Of a stretch of DNA of 26,876 nucleotides, positions 10,401 through 18,396 are shown one piece after another. Made by a program: the position numbers and the translations under genes. Under the pieces are notes generated by a model. That model ran no database searches. It was not told the DNA's origin and saw only the letters and a program-made list of their open reading frames with translations. Numbering within the stretch: position 1 is the first letter of the stretch; each line of letters starts with the position of its first letter. Source of the DNA: a virus (lineage: Duplodnaviria > Caudoviricetes); the IMG/VR virus record IMGVR_UViG_3300007542_000150, positions 1-26,876 of that record. One strand, written 5' to 3'.

Positions 10401-10859
10401 TGCAACTGCCTCAGCCATCTGATTTGCACGGTTAAAGATCCCACCATCTGGTATAGATGATGCAGTGGCTTGCCTGTTGAGCATAGGAACAGAGGGTGCC
10501 ATAGCACGTTCACGTAGGTTCGGCACTCGGTTACGCTGTTGCGCTGCGAGGTCCATCTCTAGTTGCTGCTGTGGATCTACAAACTGTGGTTGGATAGGTG
10601 AAGGAAGTTCCTCCGCCCGCCGCAGACTGATCGATGGATCGTTAGCGATTGGTGGAAATTCTGTTGGAGGCAGTGCCGCTGGCACCACCCCCGTTCCTGT
10701 TTGTGTGATTGGAGCTTGAGTAGGGACGCTGTAGTTCTGAACCGTTGCGTCCTCAACCGGCTCAACCGGCAATCCTACATTGGAAGACGCGCTTTCAGCT
10801 AGTCGCTGAAGAGCACTTGTCTTACCTGATGTACTACCGGCATTGGAAAACTTTCCCAT
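7431..10859 (-). CDS. Putative virion-packaged single-subunit RNA polymerase (divergent T7/N4 vRNAP-like, 1142 aa)
   Basis: QGRV..KFNPTSS (R499), motif A YIDGKTNG (D663), motif B RELNKQTTMTFGYG (R740/K744/Y752), GPVQSLDAA, motif C VYDAF (D956). No Cys. Last gene of the internal virion protein block, GGAG RBS. Confidence 0.85.
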   Translation of the reverse strand: MGKFSNAGSTSGKTSALQRLAESASSNVGLPVEPVEDATVQNYSVPTQAPITQTGTGVVPAALPPTEFPPIANDPSISLRRAEELPSPIQPQFVDPQQQLEMDLAAQQRNRVPNLRERAMAPSVPMLNRQATASSIPDGGIFNRANQMAEAVAIGGLVPPAYLQNTPGFIPATEGASGPQIAEAIAAEREGAVQAALNRLSAVDNTDPRKPVVNPDLIKAGSIVTENMLMTLAEGSQDLDFESEADPITNSQGEQSSDQLGASSKAPSRVAKQQGNAHIGQQIALEYQRLSGNETPQKIPTKEAETLGDVFKTMWAVQNPNLVNVVRDTKTRQNYYELTPEGEDVLAKGVDTRRRLFPSKNVRPAKNPPPKGRLTGDVGDNEVKNVQGQVGKQSFGKVIEQSMHNMSQIPNVVDKQRLRILYSTALPILQSGDFSNPIANLHNVGPAKVAEYTAIHGPELANVEMNKAADKLAQHIQSIAVERNGANYLTYAVQGFQGRVSPQQSKFNPTSSKTVRFVTRNAVPSPAKPGSRVESNLKQMYAMMLVPDADAALPNVREQKFEAYANQLEAWGDRLSGALEMTEAEADAISEAIEQGVSLTDPAFPQIKGISLDPEKDAELIKSIEAKGEDGPHYIDGLMDAAKYLKARRDGRTHYSYFNAYIDGKTNGIASNGIQMGNSKTARQTGVLRTSKTDYLDEGDVRDALRDTLLHMVDTNGFDGDVHEFSSELNAVARAVFSYRELNKQTTMTFGYGKEVYSFSGHMVDAFNQLKANPLLIKDAELRAQFLASAVTVESRLPDRKVFGDTLMTVYGPALESVMSPEALASRSIMRSSAAMYAAMNQVMAIKGPVGNDLHFGRDMQMPGEATDTKYRIRGENVVGGTKEFSAYHQQSEPTAAAPREYDGQLSYGDYAYGGAVVGPVQSLDAATVALSTAGKSWNRLKQASGGNPYVHTVYDAFKTDAMGYDVILEEVNSNWLDTAMDWSYLEETQKSLRDAMSKWRSEISKRDPKSAATENEAAYMRWILKEGESEKGNQTMPNFNKRIGNMAAFEKRGIDFGNVVRRFQDTMRSVGYDWLNPPAEPTVLQVRTFTESLAKILDVDSRLTRAINFTNKQKAELRKEILAEGYKTPSGKTIALQYYAH

Positions 10860-10861
10860 AC

Positions 10862-13800
10862 TTATTCTCCGTTAAAGTTCCATTGTGATGCTGCATTACC
10901 AGCCTTTTTATTTACGAGGTTGAATGGTCCAAATACTGGAGTAGCCTTGAGCGTTTGCTCAACACCACGACCAACATCACCGCTAGCAAATGAACCAGCA
11001 GCACCTGCAACCCGCTGTACATAACCCAACGCAGGGCTTTCGCCGACTGCCTGGTTGTAGATCCAATCACCTGGATTGTCGCTACGCTGTGAGTACATTG
11101 GAAATACAGCATTTAGTACGCGCTCACCTACGCCGAGAAGACCAGTTGAAAGAAGACCACGACGTGCATACTCAGCAGTGTCCAGATACGGGTTACCGCC
11201 TGTCACCATCTCGTATTCGTCATCGTTCTCTCCAAACGTATCATACTTGATCCAGTCTTTGATCGCTTGCGATAGAAAGCCAAGCATGATCATTGTCATC
11301 ATCGTAGACCAAGCGGAGTATTGCATGGTCGGAGTGCTTCCACCAAAGGCATCCCGATAGAGAGGTGGGAGTACTTTAGTAGTGAATACGGAGATGAAAC
11401 CTTGGAACTGAGTGAACAGCGCAAAGCGTGGATCTTGGTAGATGAGTGGACGGTTAGCAGACTGTGGTAGAACAATTGCTTCATTGACAAAGTTGTATGT
11501 CATATCACGCACTTGCTCGTTGTAGAACTCCTGATCTGCAGCACTGAGGGGAAGACCCGCAGCGATGCTCTCATGCAACGGTATGAACCTATCGATATTG
11601 ATACCGAGATTGCGAAGCTTGAGTTCAGTCTCTTGGATCTGCCTAGAATACGGCGCACCTGCACGACGCTGGTTAATGACCTCTTCCATGTTACCTTTGA
11701 GGAAGTCACCAGCAAACGAAGCACGAAGTGCACGAGTGTAGTCAGTCCACTGCGTAAGGCCATTAGCCCTGAAGAACGCTGAGAACCACTTCTGGTGACG
11801 AGCATTCGTTTCAGTTACACCTGTCACAGTAGCAGCACCTACATCCCACTCATAAAAACCTAAGTCTCTGATAAGAGTCTGTGCACTGCTGTCCTTCTGA
11901 GCACGCTCAAGGCCTCTCGCTACATCAACAGTATCTACAGCATAGTTTGCTATACCTTTTGCTGAGTCCTTTGCAAACGACTTGAGTACTTTGAGACCAG
12001 CTGCGTCTACTCCTCGGCTGATTAGTCCTGCTTCAACAAATGAAGAGAACACAGCAAGAGGCAGTCCAGAGAATGTCATGAACATCATAGCATGCTTCTG
12101 TAATGCCTGAGCTTTCTTTCCAAACTCAGTGGATGGACGTTTGTAGTTACCAGATTCAGCAGCAAGATAATCAGACATACCTGCAGCAATGCGGCTTACC
12201 TCTTCTCGAGACAGTCCATCACGCGACATGTTGTCTAACAAAGCTGAAACAATAGAACCATCTTTACCAACATAGTCAGCATGAGCTGTGTAGCGGGCAG
12301 TTGTCTTAACTGCGTGTGACACGTTAGCAAACAGATCTTGGTTCATGAACTGAGCGAACTCAGCAGTCGTGGCAAGCCCTAGCGTACGTTGCTTGTGAGA
12401 ACTTGGCACTGCACCGCCTTTGACCACAGAGAACGCTTCTTCGATTGTTCCTACATTAGGATCATCGATGATACGCCCAGTCAAGTCATTAGCTTCTGAT
12501 GCAGACATATTGAACTTAGACTGAAGTAACCCTTCGAACTTAGCACGATGGTCATGCACTGCTTGCTTGCTCAATGACTTAAACGAGTGAAGATAGTTCT
12601 TGATATAGCCTAGGTCAGGATTGTGCTTCTTCTGGTCCTTGTACATCTTGTCAGACAGAGTGTTCAACTCAGTACCTAGCTTGATGTAAGCGTCACGATT
12701 GGGGATTGCTGGTACCGAAGCCGGATCAAAGTTTCCTGACGAATCAACTGCCTTCTGAAAGACATCGTAGGCAGCACGACTGATACGCGCTTTGTCTGCC
12801 ATCGTAACTGCCTTACCACCATTTAACAACTCGTACATAGCATCAGGTCGAGAGACCATGTTCTTCATCTCAGCAACACGGTGATGCTTAGCATCTTCCA
12901 TACTGGCACCAGAGAAGACCCGGTCAGGATTACCCCCATACAAGTCTGCAGCTATACGAGCAGAACGTGACCTACGGAGGATATCATCTGTGAAGATATT
13001 ACGAGTAGCACCTTGCCAAAGAGCAGGGATATTAGACAGAGCTTGCATAGCACGCTCAGTGCCTGGCAAACGCTTCTGTGCCTCTTTGAACTCGTCTGCG
13101 TACTCAGTCAACGTAAGACCGATACCTGAACTCTTTACCTGACCAGCGAGGTCAGCAAGGTTCTCAGCGTTCGTGGCAACATAACCGTTGTTTGCTCTCT
13201 CTTGCTCAGCCCAAACTGCGGATTGACGGGCAGTAGTACCATCAGCGGCAGCCGTATCTCCAAGGATACCACGGTAACGAGCAGCGTCCTGCATAGAACC
13301 TGGAACCGAGAAAGCTCCACCGAGAGCAGAGCCTGCAACGGCAGCCGCGATCATTCGATCGTTCAGCTCGTTCCAATCGAACTCTTTATCGGAACCCGTG
13401 ACAGCGCCCATATAAGCAGTAGCTTCCTGCATGACCTCAGTGACGCCTTCAGCTGCTGCACTCTTCAAGAAGTTAGTTCCGAGTGCCTTAGCAGCGAGCT
13501 GTGAAGTAGCTGTTTGAACACCTGACCGTAGAAAATCCCCGAGCTCTTGTTTAGTAGCAGCTGCTAGGACTGTCTCAGCAGCCTCTCTAGTGATACCTTT
13601 AGCTGCCATGATCTTGGCGACACCTTGCGCAGCAGTGATGCTCGTAGCACCTCCGAGTGCGCCGATACCGATACGATCTAGAGCACCTTGAACGAGACCA
13701 GAAGCTAATGCGACAGACGCATTCTTCTCGCCTTCCATTTCATTCCACGTTTGACCTGCATAGACTGCAGAAGGAACAGATACACCGATGGCTAGAGCAC

Positions 13801-14737
13801 CAGCAGTGCCAACGACAGGAGCTGCAACGGCGCCTGCAACAGCAGCAGCAGCAGTCGTAATCATATAAGGCAATGACATAGCCGCGTTGTTCACGAGGAA
13901 CTCAGTACCTTTCTTGATACCATCTACATCCTTCCAGTCCGTGAGAACTTCTGCGTAATCGGCCTGTTGAAAGCGTGCACGAGAAACACCGGCTTCACCG
14001 ATATCTGTAAGCATCTCGCTGTCAGTCACGTCACCCATGATCTCAAGGAAACCATATGCACCTTCTTTCGCACTAATCCAGCCTTGCTCCCAGGAGTCAG
14101 ACATAGGGTTGTAAGCTTGGTTGCGGATAGAGCGATCAGACTTACGAAACGCAAGATCGGCTGTACCATAACCTGCCGCGTATGCTGCTTCATCGGAAGC
14201 CGCTTGACGGAACTCAATAGGACGCAGCGTCTCAGATTCGATAGAGTCAGCAATGAGATCGGCTGCTTCACCGAATCCCTCAGACTGTTCACCGAAGAGT
14301 TTGGCTACCTCGATAGCCTGCATGTCATCTCTGCTTGTATATTTAGTAGGCTCGAGAACACCAGACTTGAGAAGCTCCGTAGTGAAGTTCCGCCCAGTAT
14401 CATCGTGTAGTTCAATCATCTGACGAGTGCCCGTGGCATCCATCTGTGGTGAACCATCTTTATTGAATAACGGCACAGGGTTTGTGAACCCTTGTCTCTG
14501 TGCCAGGCCGGGGATGACAGCTGATGCCATCCCGCCGCCCGCAGTTCCGTAGTGTGTCTTGGAACCTGTTTGGAGAACTTCCCCCGTCTCAGTGAAACGG
14601 GAGATCTCCGGAGCATCATAACCTTGAATACGGTATAGTTGCCCATCCTTACTCAGAGTATCGGCGTCAATGAATGTGTAACCGCCAACGCTGTGACCGC
14701 CTTGTGCGCTTCGCGCTAGCTGTTCAAAAGCACTCAT
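10862..14737 (-). CDS. Large internal virion / DNA ejection protein (T7 gp16-like) with an N-terminal SNase-like domain
   Basis: 1291 aa, Cys-free, with Ala/Gly-rich hydrophobic segments. The C-terminal LFTQFQGF is followed by a hydrophobic helix, as in gp16-type proteins. The N-terminus has IDADT..RIQGYDAPE. Confidence 0.75.
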   Translation of the reverse strand: MSAFEQLARSAQGGHSVGGYTFIDADTLSKDGQLYRIQGYDAPEISRFTETGEVLQTGSKTHYGTAGGGMASAVIPGLAQRQGFTNPVPLFNKDGSPQMDATGTRQMIELHDDTGRNFTTELLKSGVLEPTKYTSRDDMQAIEVAKLFGEQSEGFGEAADLIADSIESETLRPIEFRQAASDEAAYAAGYGTADLAFRKSDRSIRNQAYNPMSDSWEQGWISAKEGAYGFLEIMGDVTDSEMLTDIGEAGVSRARFQQADYAEVLTDWKDVDGIKKGTEFLVNNAAMSLPYMITTAAAAVAGAVAAPVVGTAGALAIGVSVPSAVYAGQTWNEMEGEKNASVALASGLVQGALDRIGIGALGGATSITAAQGVAKIMAAKGITREAAETVLAAATKQELGDFLRSGVQTATSQLAAKALGTNFLKSAAAEGVTEVMQEATAYMGAVTGSDKEFDWNELNDRMIAAAVAGSALGGAFSVPGSMQDAARYRGILGDTAAADGTTARQSAVWAEQERANNGYVATNAENLADLAGQVKSSGIGLTLTEYADEFKEAQKRLPGTERAMQALSNIPALWQGATRNIFTDDILRRSRSARIAADLYGGNPDRVFSGASMEDAKHHRVAEMKNMVSRPDAMYELLNGGKAVTMADKARISRAAYDVFQKAVDSSGNFDPASVPAIPNRDAYIKLGTELNTLSDKMYKDQKKHNPDLGYIKNYLHSFKSLSKQAVHDHRAKFEGLLQSKFNMSASEANDLTGRIIDDPNVGTIEEAFSVVKGGAVPSSHKQRTLGLATTAEFAQFMNQDLFANVSHAVKTTARYTAHADYVGKDGSIVSALLDNMSRDGLSREEVSRIAAGMSDYLAAESGNYKRPSTEFGKKAQALQKHAMMFMTFSGLPLAVFSSFVEAGLISRGVDAAGLKVLKSFAKDSAKGIANYAVDTVDVARGLERAQKDSSAQTLIRDLGFYEWDVGAATVTGVTETNARHQKWFSAFFRANGLTQWTDYTRALRASFAGDFLKGNMEEVINQRRAGAPYSRQIQETELKLRNLGINIDRFIPLHESIAAGLPLSAADQEFYNEQVRDMTYNFVNEAIVLPQSANRPLIYQDPRFALFTQFQGFISVFTTKVLPPLYRDAFGGSTPTMQYSAWSTMMTMIMLGFLSQAIKDWIKYDTFGENDDEYEMVTGGNPYLDTAEYARRGLLSTGLLGVGERVLNAVFPMYSQRSDNPGDWIYNQAVGESPALGYVQRVAGAAGSFASGDVGRGVEQTLKATPVFGPFNLVNKKAGNAASQWNFNGE

Positions 14738-14756
14738 TTGTTTCTCCTTTTGAGAT

Positions 14757-17735
14757 TTACTGTGTTGATTTTAGCAGTTCCTGATTGAGCATCTCTTGAG
14801 CGAAAGTGAAGAACCCGTTAGTTCCAGGAGCTGCACCTTTGTCGTACTTGTTACGTTCGTCTTGAGTGAGCTCTGTGTTCCAGTCTGTGATCAAAGAGTT
14901 GTAGAACGTATTAGACAGACTACTTGCATCGCCGCGGTGGCCCTTAGAAGTGAGCCATTTAATAGCGCTGTCGTTCAGAACTGAAAGCTTCTGCGCATCT
15001 ACATACACTGCTTCCTTTCCATCTGTTGCAGGCTCGACAACAAACACACCGGCGTTTCCACCAGTCTGCTGACGAATGACGTTCTGCTGGATGTAAGGTA
15101 TGAGGCTAGTAACTTTGTAACCTTTACCTTTAGCATTCATCATATCAGCATAAGCCGACTGAAGAACTGTGCCCATCTTCTCAGGAGGAACCCCGTTCTT
15201 TACGGCCCACTCAGCAACCTTACGAGCCTCTATAGAAGGTATGATGTCGTTGCTGTACTTTCCAGACTCTTCGTCTTTACTGTACTGATCCCGAAGATCT
15301 TTGATCATCTTTTCTGAACTAGGCATGTACGCTTCAATTTGAGCCTCACGCTCTTTAGGCGCAGTCTCTGTCAAAGCAAACGTATTAAGTTGTTTACCAT
15401 CAGCACCAACCCAGAGCTTATTGTCACCTATCTGAACTTGCTCAGCACGAACTTCGTTACCATCTTTATCCCAGAATGACTGATTCAAGCCCGTCTTTGT
15501 AGTAGGCAAACCTTTCAAAGCAAGATCAGTATAGTCACGAGATTCCTTGAAGACAGCAACGCTTTCCTTGGTGTACTTGTCAGAGGCAGCTACAGTATCG
15601 TAGGCAGTTTGCTTAGCATCGACACGTGTAAGATAGCTCTTACCTGCGAAAGTGAGAGATGACCCATGACTAGCTCCTGTTGCACGCGCACCAAGATATA
15701 GAATAGCCATACGCTTAAGTTCTTTAGCATCAAACAGATCACCAAAGAAGTCCTTGATGAAACCAAGAGCACCACCGAACATAGAAGGATTAGCAGTAGC
15801 CGCCTTATCTCCAGCGGCTAACGCATCAGCAGACGTGAGTTCGCTAGGAACCCCAGGTTCACCAGACGCTGCAGCCGCCGCAGCAGCCTCATCGACTTTA
15901 GTGGTAACTGCTTCGACTACCTGAGGATCGGCTACAGGCTTCGACGGAAGGTTTTCACCCTGACCAGCAGGAGCAAGGGCAGGCACAGTCCCAGACTCGA
16001 TTTTTGAGTCTCGAGCAGCAGTGAGAGCAGCGATAGCTTCAGGTGTCTGAGCTTCCTTGATGGCGATATCGATGTCTGCAACCTCTGACATGATATCAGA
16101 ATCCTGACGTGTCTGATCTTCAAGCATGTTAGCTTGACGTGTCTGTGACATATCTTCAGATGCGCTCAATGCATCTGCTTTCTGTTTATGCGCAGCTGTG
16201 AGAGCAGCCTCCGCAGTCTTCACACCATCAAAGTCACCACGAATTGAGGCGTCTTGTAGGGCTTGAGTTTGACTAGCGATTTCTGCATCTGCGTTCAATG
16301 TATCATTCTGGTTCGTGAGAATGTCTGTACCGAGAACTTCTGGTGAAGGAATGCTAGAACCAGTGTACGTAGGATCATTACGGCCAAGATTAGACAAAAG
16401 AGTTGCTTGACGCTCTTTGAGCAAAGGGTAAGCGGGAGCATCTCTCGTCGTCGTCTGCAACTGCTGCGTGATACGATCAAGTTCTTGCTGACTTTGATAA
16501 TCTGCTTCCATACGCGACTCACCATAATCCCTGTATGCGTTAGGTATCGCATTAGGGTTAGCAGCGGAAGCATCCATCGAAGGTACTGCTCGTTGACCCG
16601 AAACTCCTTGTGGGATAAACTGTGGAGTGGCACCTGGTTGAGGCACACTACCTGGAATGATCATCTGCGGATTATCCATCACAGGGATAGGCGGTAGTCC
16701 CGCAGGCTGGAAGCTTTGAGAGAAGTCTACTCCACTTTGGGCTGGAGCTTCTGCTGGCGGACTTCCGTATGGTTGACTAGGAATTCCCAGTTGGTTCGCT
16801 GAGTAACGGCCCGCGGGGTTGTTCGGTGCAGTCCACTCGCCACCTTGGGCTTTAGCGATCCGCTCCATATACTTAGTTCCTGAAGTACCAAATGCATCCG
16901 ATCCGGCTTCACCTGTTCTCAAGAACTTAGCTGCGCCTCCAGCACCTTGGTTGTGTGCGTAGCCAAGAACACGCTGCTGAGCAGCTGGATCCATACTACG
17001 GTACTCGGGGGAGATTTGCGTGAGGATGTTGTGGTTGCCCTTAGTGAATGCGTTGAACATCTGCTCTTGCAGCGCTGGGTTCTGACGAACCTGCTCGCGG
17101 GTTGGAGTAGTCTCAAGGCCCATAAGACGAGAAGCGTCTTTAATAGCGGAAGCTCCTAGTTGATACTTACCTACGTAGTGGTTGTTTGCCCCACCATAGA
17201 TAGAGTATGGATCCTCTTTACCTCGTGATTCCAAGCTCGCTACCGCGCTCGAGTACTTATTCCAGTTGTCACCAGAAAACATATCATATGATGGAGCTGG
17301 AGGAGCCTGATTCTGAGGAACAGCGGGAGCTTGATCCGGAACAGGGGCAGTCATCTGCGGTGCTGCCATTTGGGCAACTGGCACTGGAGCTTGCGGCGGG
17401 ACAGGAGCTGGTACCTGTGGCACAGCTGTTTGCTGAGCCGGGATAGCTTCTGGTTGGCCGAACAAACTACCAAGAAACTGGACCAGCCCACCTACTTCGA
17501 GATACTGCGCTTCTGAAGGCACAGGAGGAGTCATCCCACCCTGCTGAGCCTGCACAGCCCGGCCATGGTTGTTCATCGCTTCAATTTGAGGACCATACAT
17601 ACGAGTAGCCTCCTGATTAACTACGAACTCATTTGGGGATAACCACGCAGGAACCTTATCGTTGCCTACTGGTACCCCTGGGTGGTTAGATGAGCTACCT
17701 TGCGTGTAGTCTCCGTGGACTGGTTTATTATTCAT
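14757..17735 (-). CDS. Internal virion protein with a lysozyme-like / lytic transglycosylase domain
   Basis: 992 aa, Cys-free, Pro/Gln/Ala-rich linkers. LESRG (candidate catalytic E169), GKYQLG and AHNQGAG resemble lysozyme-fold motifs. N-terminal DKVPAWLSPNEFVV motif. Confidence 0.75.
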   Translation of the reverse strand: MNNKPVHGDYTQGSSSNHPGVPVGNDKVPAWLSPNEFVVNQEATRMYGPQIEAMNNHGRAVQAQQGGMTPPVPSEAQYLEVGGLVQFLGSLFGQPEAIPAQQTAVPQVPAPVPPQAPVPVAQMAAPQMTAPVPDQAPAVPQNQAPPAPSYDMFSGDNWNKYSSAVASLESRGKEDPYSIYGGANNHYVGKYQLGASAIKDASRLMGLETTPTREQVRQNPALQEQMFNAFTKGNHNILTQISPEYRSMDPAAQQRVLGYAHNQGAGGAAKFLRTGEAGSDAFGTSGTKYMERIAKAQGGEWTAPNNPAGRYSANQLGIPSQPYGSPPAEAPAQSGVDFSQSFQPAGLPPIPVMDNPQMIIPGSVPQPGATPQFIPQGVSGQRAVPSMDASAANPNAIPNAYRDYGESRMEADYQSQQELDRITQQLQTTTRDAPAYPLLKERQATLLSNLGRNDPTYTGSSIPSPEVLGTDILTNQNDTLNADAEIASQTQALQDASIRGDFDGVKTAEAALTAAHKQKADALSASEDMSQTRQANMLEDQTRQDSDIMSEVADIDIAIKEAQTPEAIAALTAARDSKIESGTVPALAPAGQGENLPSKPVADPQVVEAVTTKVDEAAAAAAASGEPGVPSELTSADALAAGDKAATANPSMFGGALGFIKDFFGDLFDAKELKRMAILYLGARATGASHGSSLTFAGKSYLTRVDAKQTAYDTVAASDKYTKESVAVFKESRDYTDLALKGLPTTKTGLNQSFWDKDGNEVRAEQVQIGDNKLWVGADGKQLNTFALTETAPKEREAQIEAYMPSSEKMIKDLRDQYSKDEESGKYSNDIIPSIEARKVAEWAVKNGVPPEKMGTVLQSAYADMMNAKGKGYKVTSLIPYIQQNVIRQQTGGNAGVFVVEPATDGKEAVYVDAQKLSVLNDSAIKWLTSKGHRGDASSLSNTFYNSLITDWNTELTQDERNKYDKGAAPGTNGFFTFAQEMLNQELLKSTQ

Positions 17736-17744
17736 AAGAATCTC

Positions 17745-18395
17745 CTACCTTGCAGACAGAGGAGTTTGAAAACCTGAGACTGCTTCTGTGAGCTTAAGTT
17801 GCTGTTGCATCATCTTCATACGATGGGCTTCATCTTTGCGCTTCTGATCAGCATCGAATGTAGCTTGTTTAAGAGCTAGCTTCTGCTGCTGTTCAGCATG
17901 TTTGAACGACAAAGGTCCACCTGTTTGAGGGGCAGCCCCGTTCTGTTGAGGAGCCTGCTGACCTACTGCTGTCATTGTCTCAGATGGAACTAACCCGCCT
18001 TCTTTGAAAAGACCGAACAGTTTGCCAAGGCCAGCACCGATTGCGAGAGGCACAGCGACTGGAGCAGCTGCGGCCATGAGACCTGCGCCTCCTGCGCCGC
18101 CAAGTCCGGCTAGTGCCCCTCCGAGTCCTCCAGCAGCGCCTGCAGCAGCAGGAGCCGCGGCAGCGGCAAGAGGAGCAGCGGCAGCAGCGACTGGAGCAGC
18201 AGCAGCAACTGGAGCAGCAGTCAGACCAAGCGCTTGGGAAGCCATTGGCAAGCCTTTATTTATAGCTGCACTAGTCAGTTGAGACCCTACCATGCCAAGA
18301 GCTTGATCGGTAGCCGACGGATCGTTCCGGAATTGAGCGTGTTGAACTGGAGGTGCTGGTTGCACCTGTTGGGGCATTAATGGACGAGCTACCAT
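17745..18395 (-). CDS. Ala/Gly-rich internal virion (ejection) protein, 216 aa
   Basis: ATG 18395 after GGAGG. Contains a long hydrophobic AAAAP/GGLGG segment, is Cys-free, and ends in TAG. Confidence 0.7.
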   Translation of the reverse strand: MVARPLMPQQVQPAPPVQHAQFRNDPSATDQALGMVGSQLTSAAINKGLPMASQALGLTAAPVAAAAPVAAAAAPLAAAAAPAAAGAAGGLGGALAGLGGAGGAGLMAAAAPVAVPLAIGAGLGKLFGLFKEGGLVPSETMTAVGQQAPQQNGAAPQTGGPLSFKHAEQQQKLALKQATFDADQKRKDEAHRMKMMQQQLKLTEAVSGFQTPLSAR

Positions 18396-18396
18396 A

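Noticed and set aside
18040-18230. GCA/GCG-rich repeats as a possible array
   Set aside because: They are explained by poly-Ala/Pro coding (AAAAP repeats). There is no repeat-spacer structure, so this is not CRISPR.
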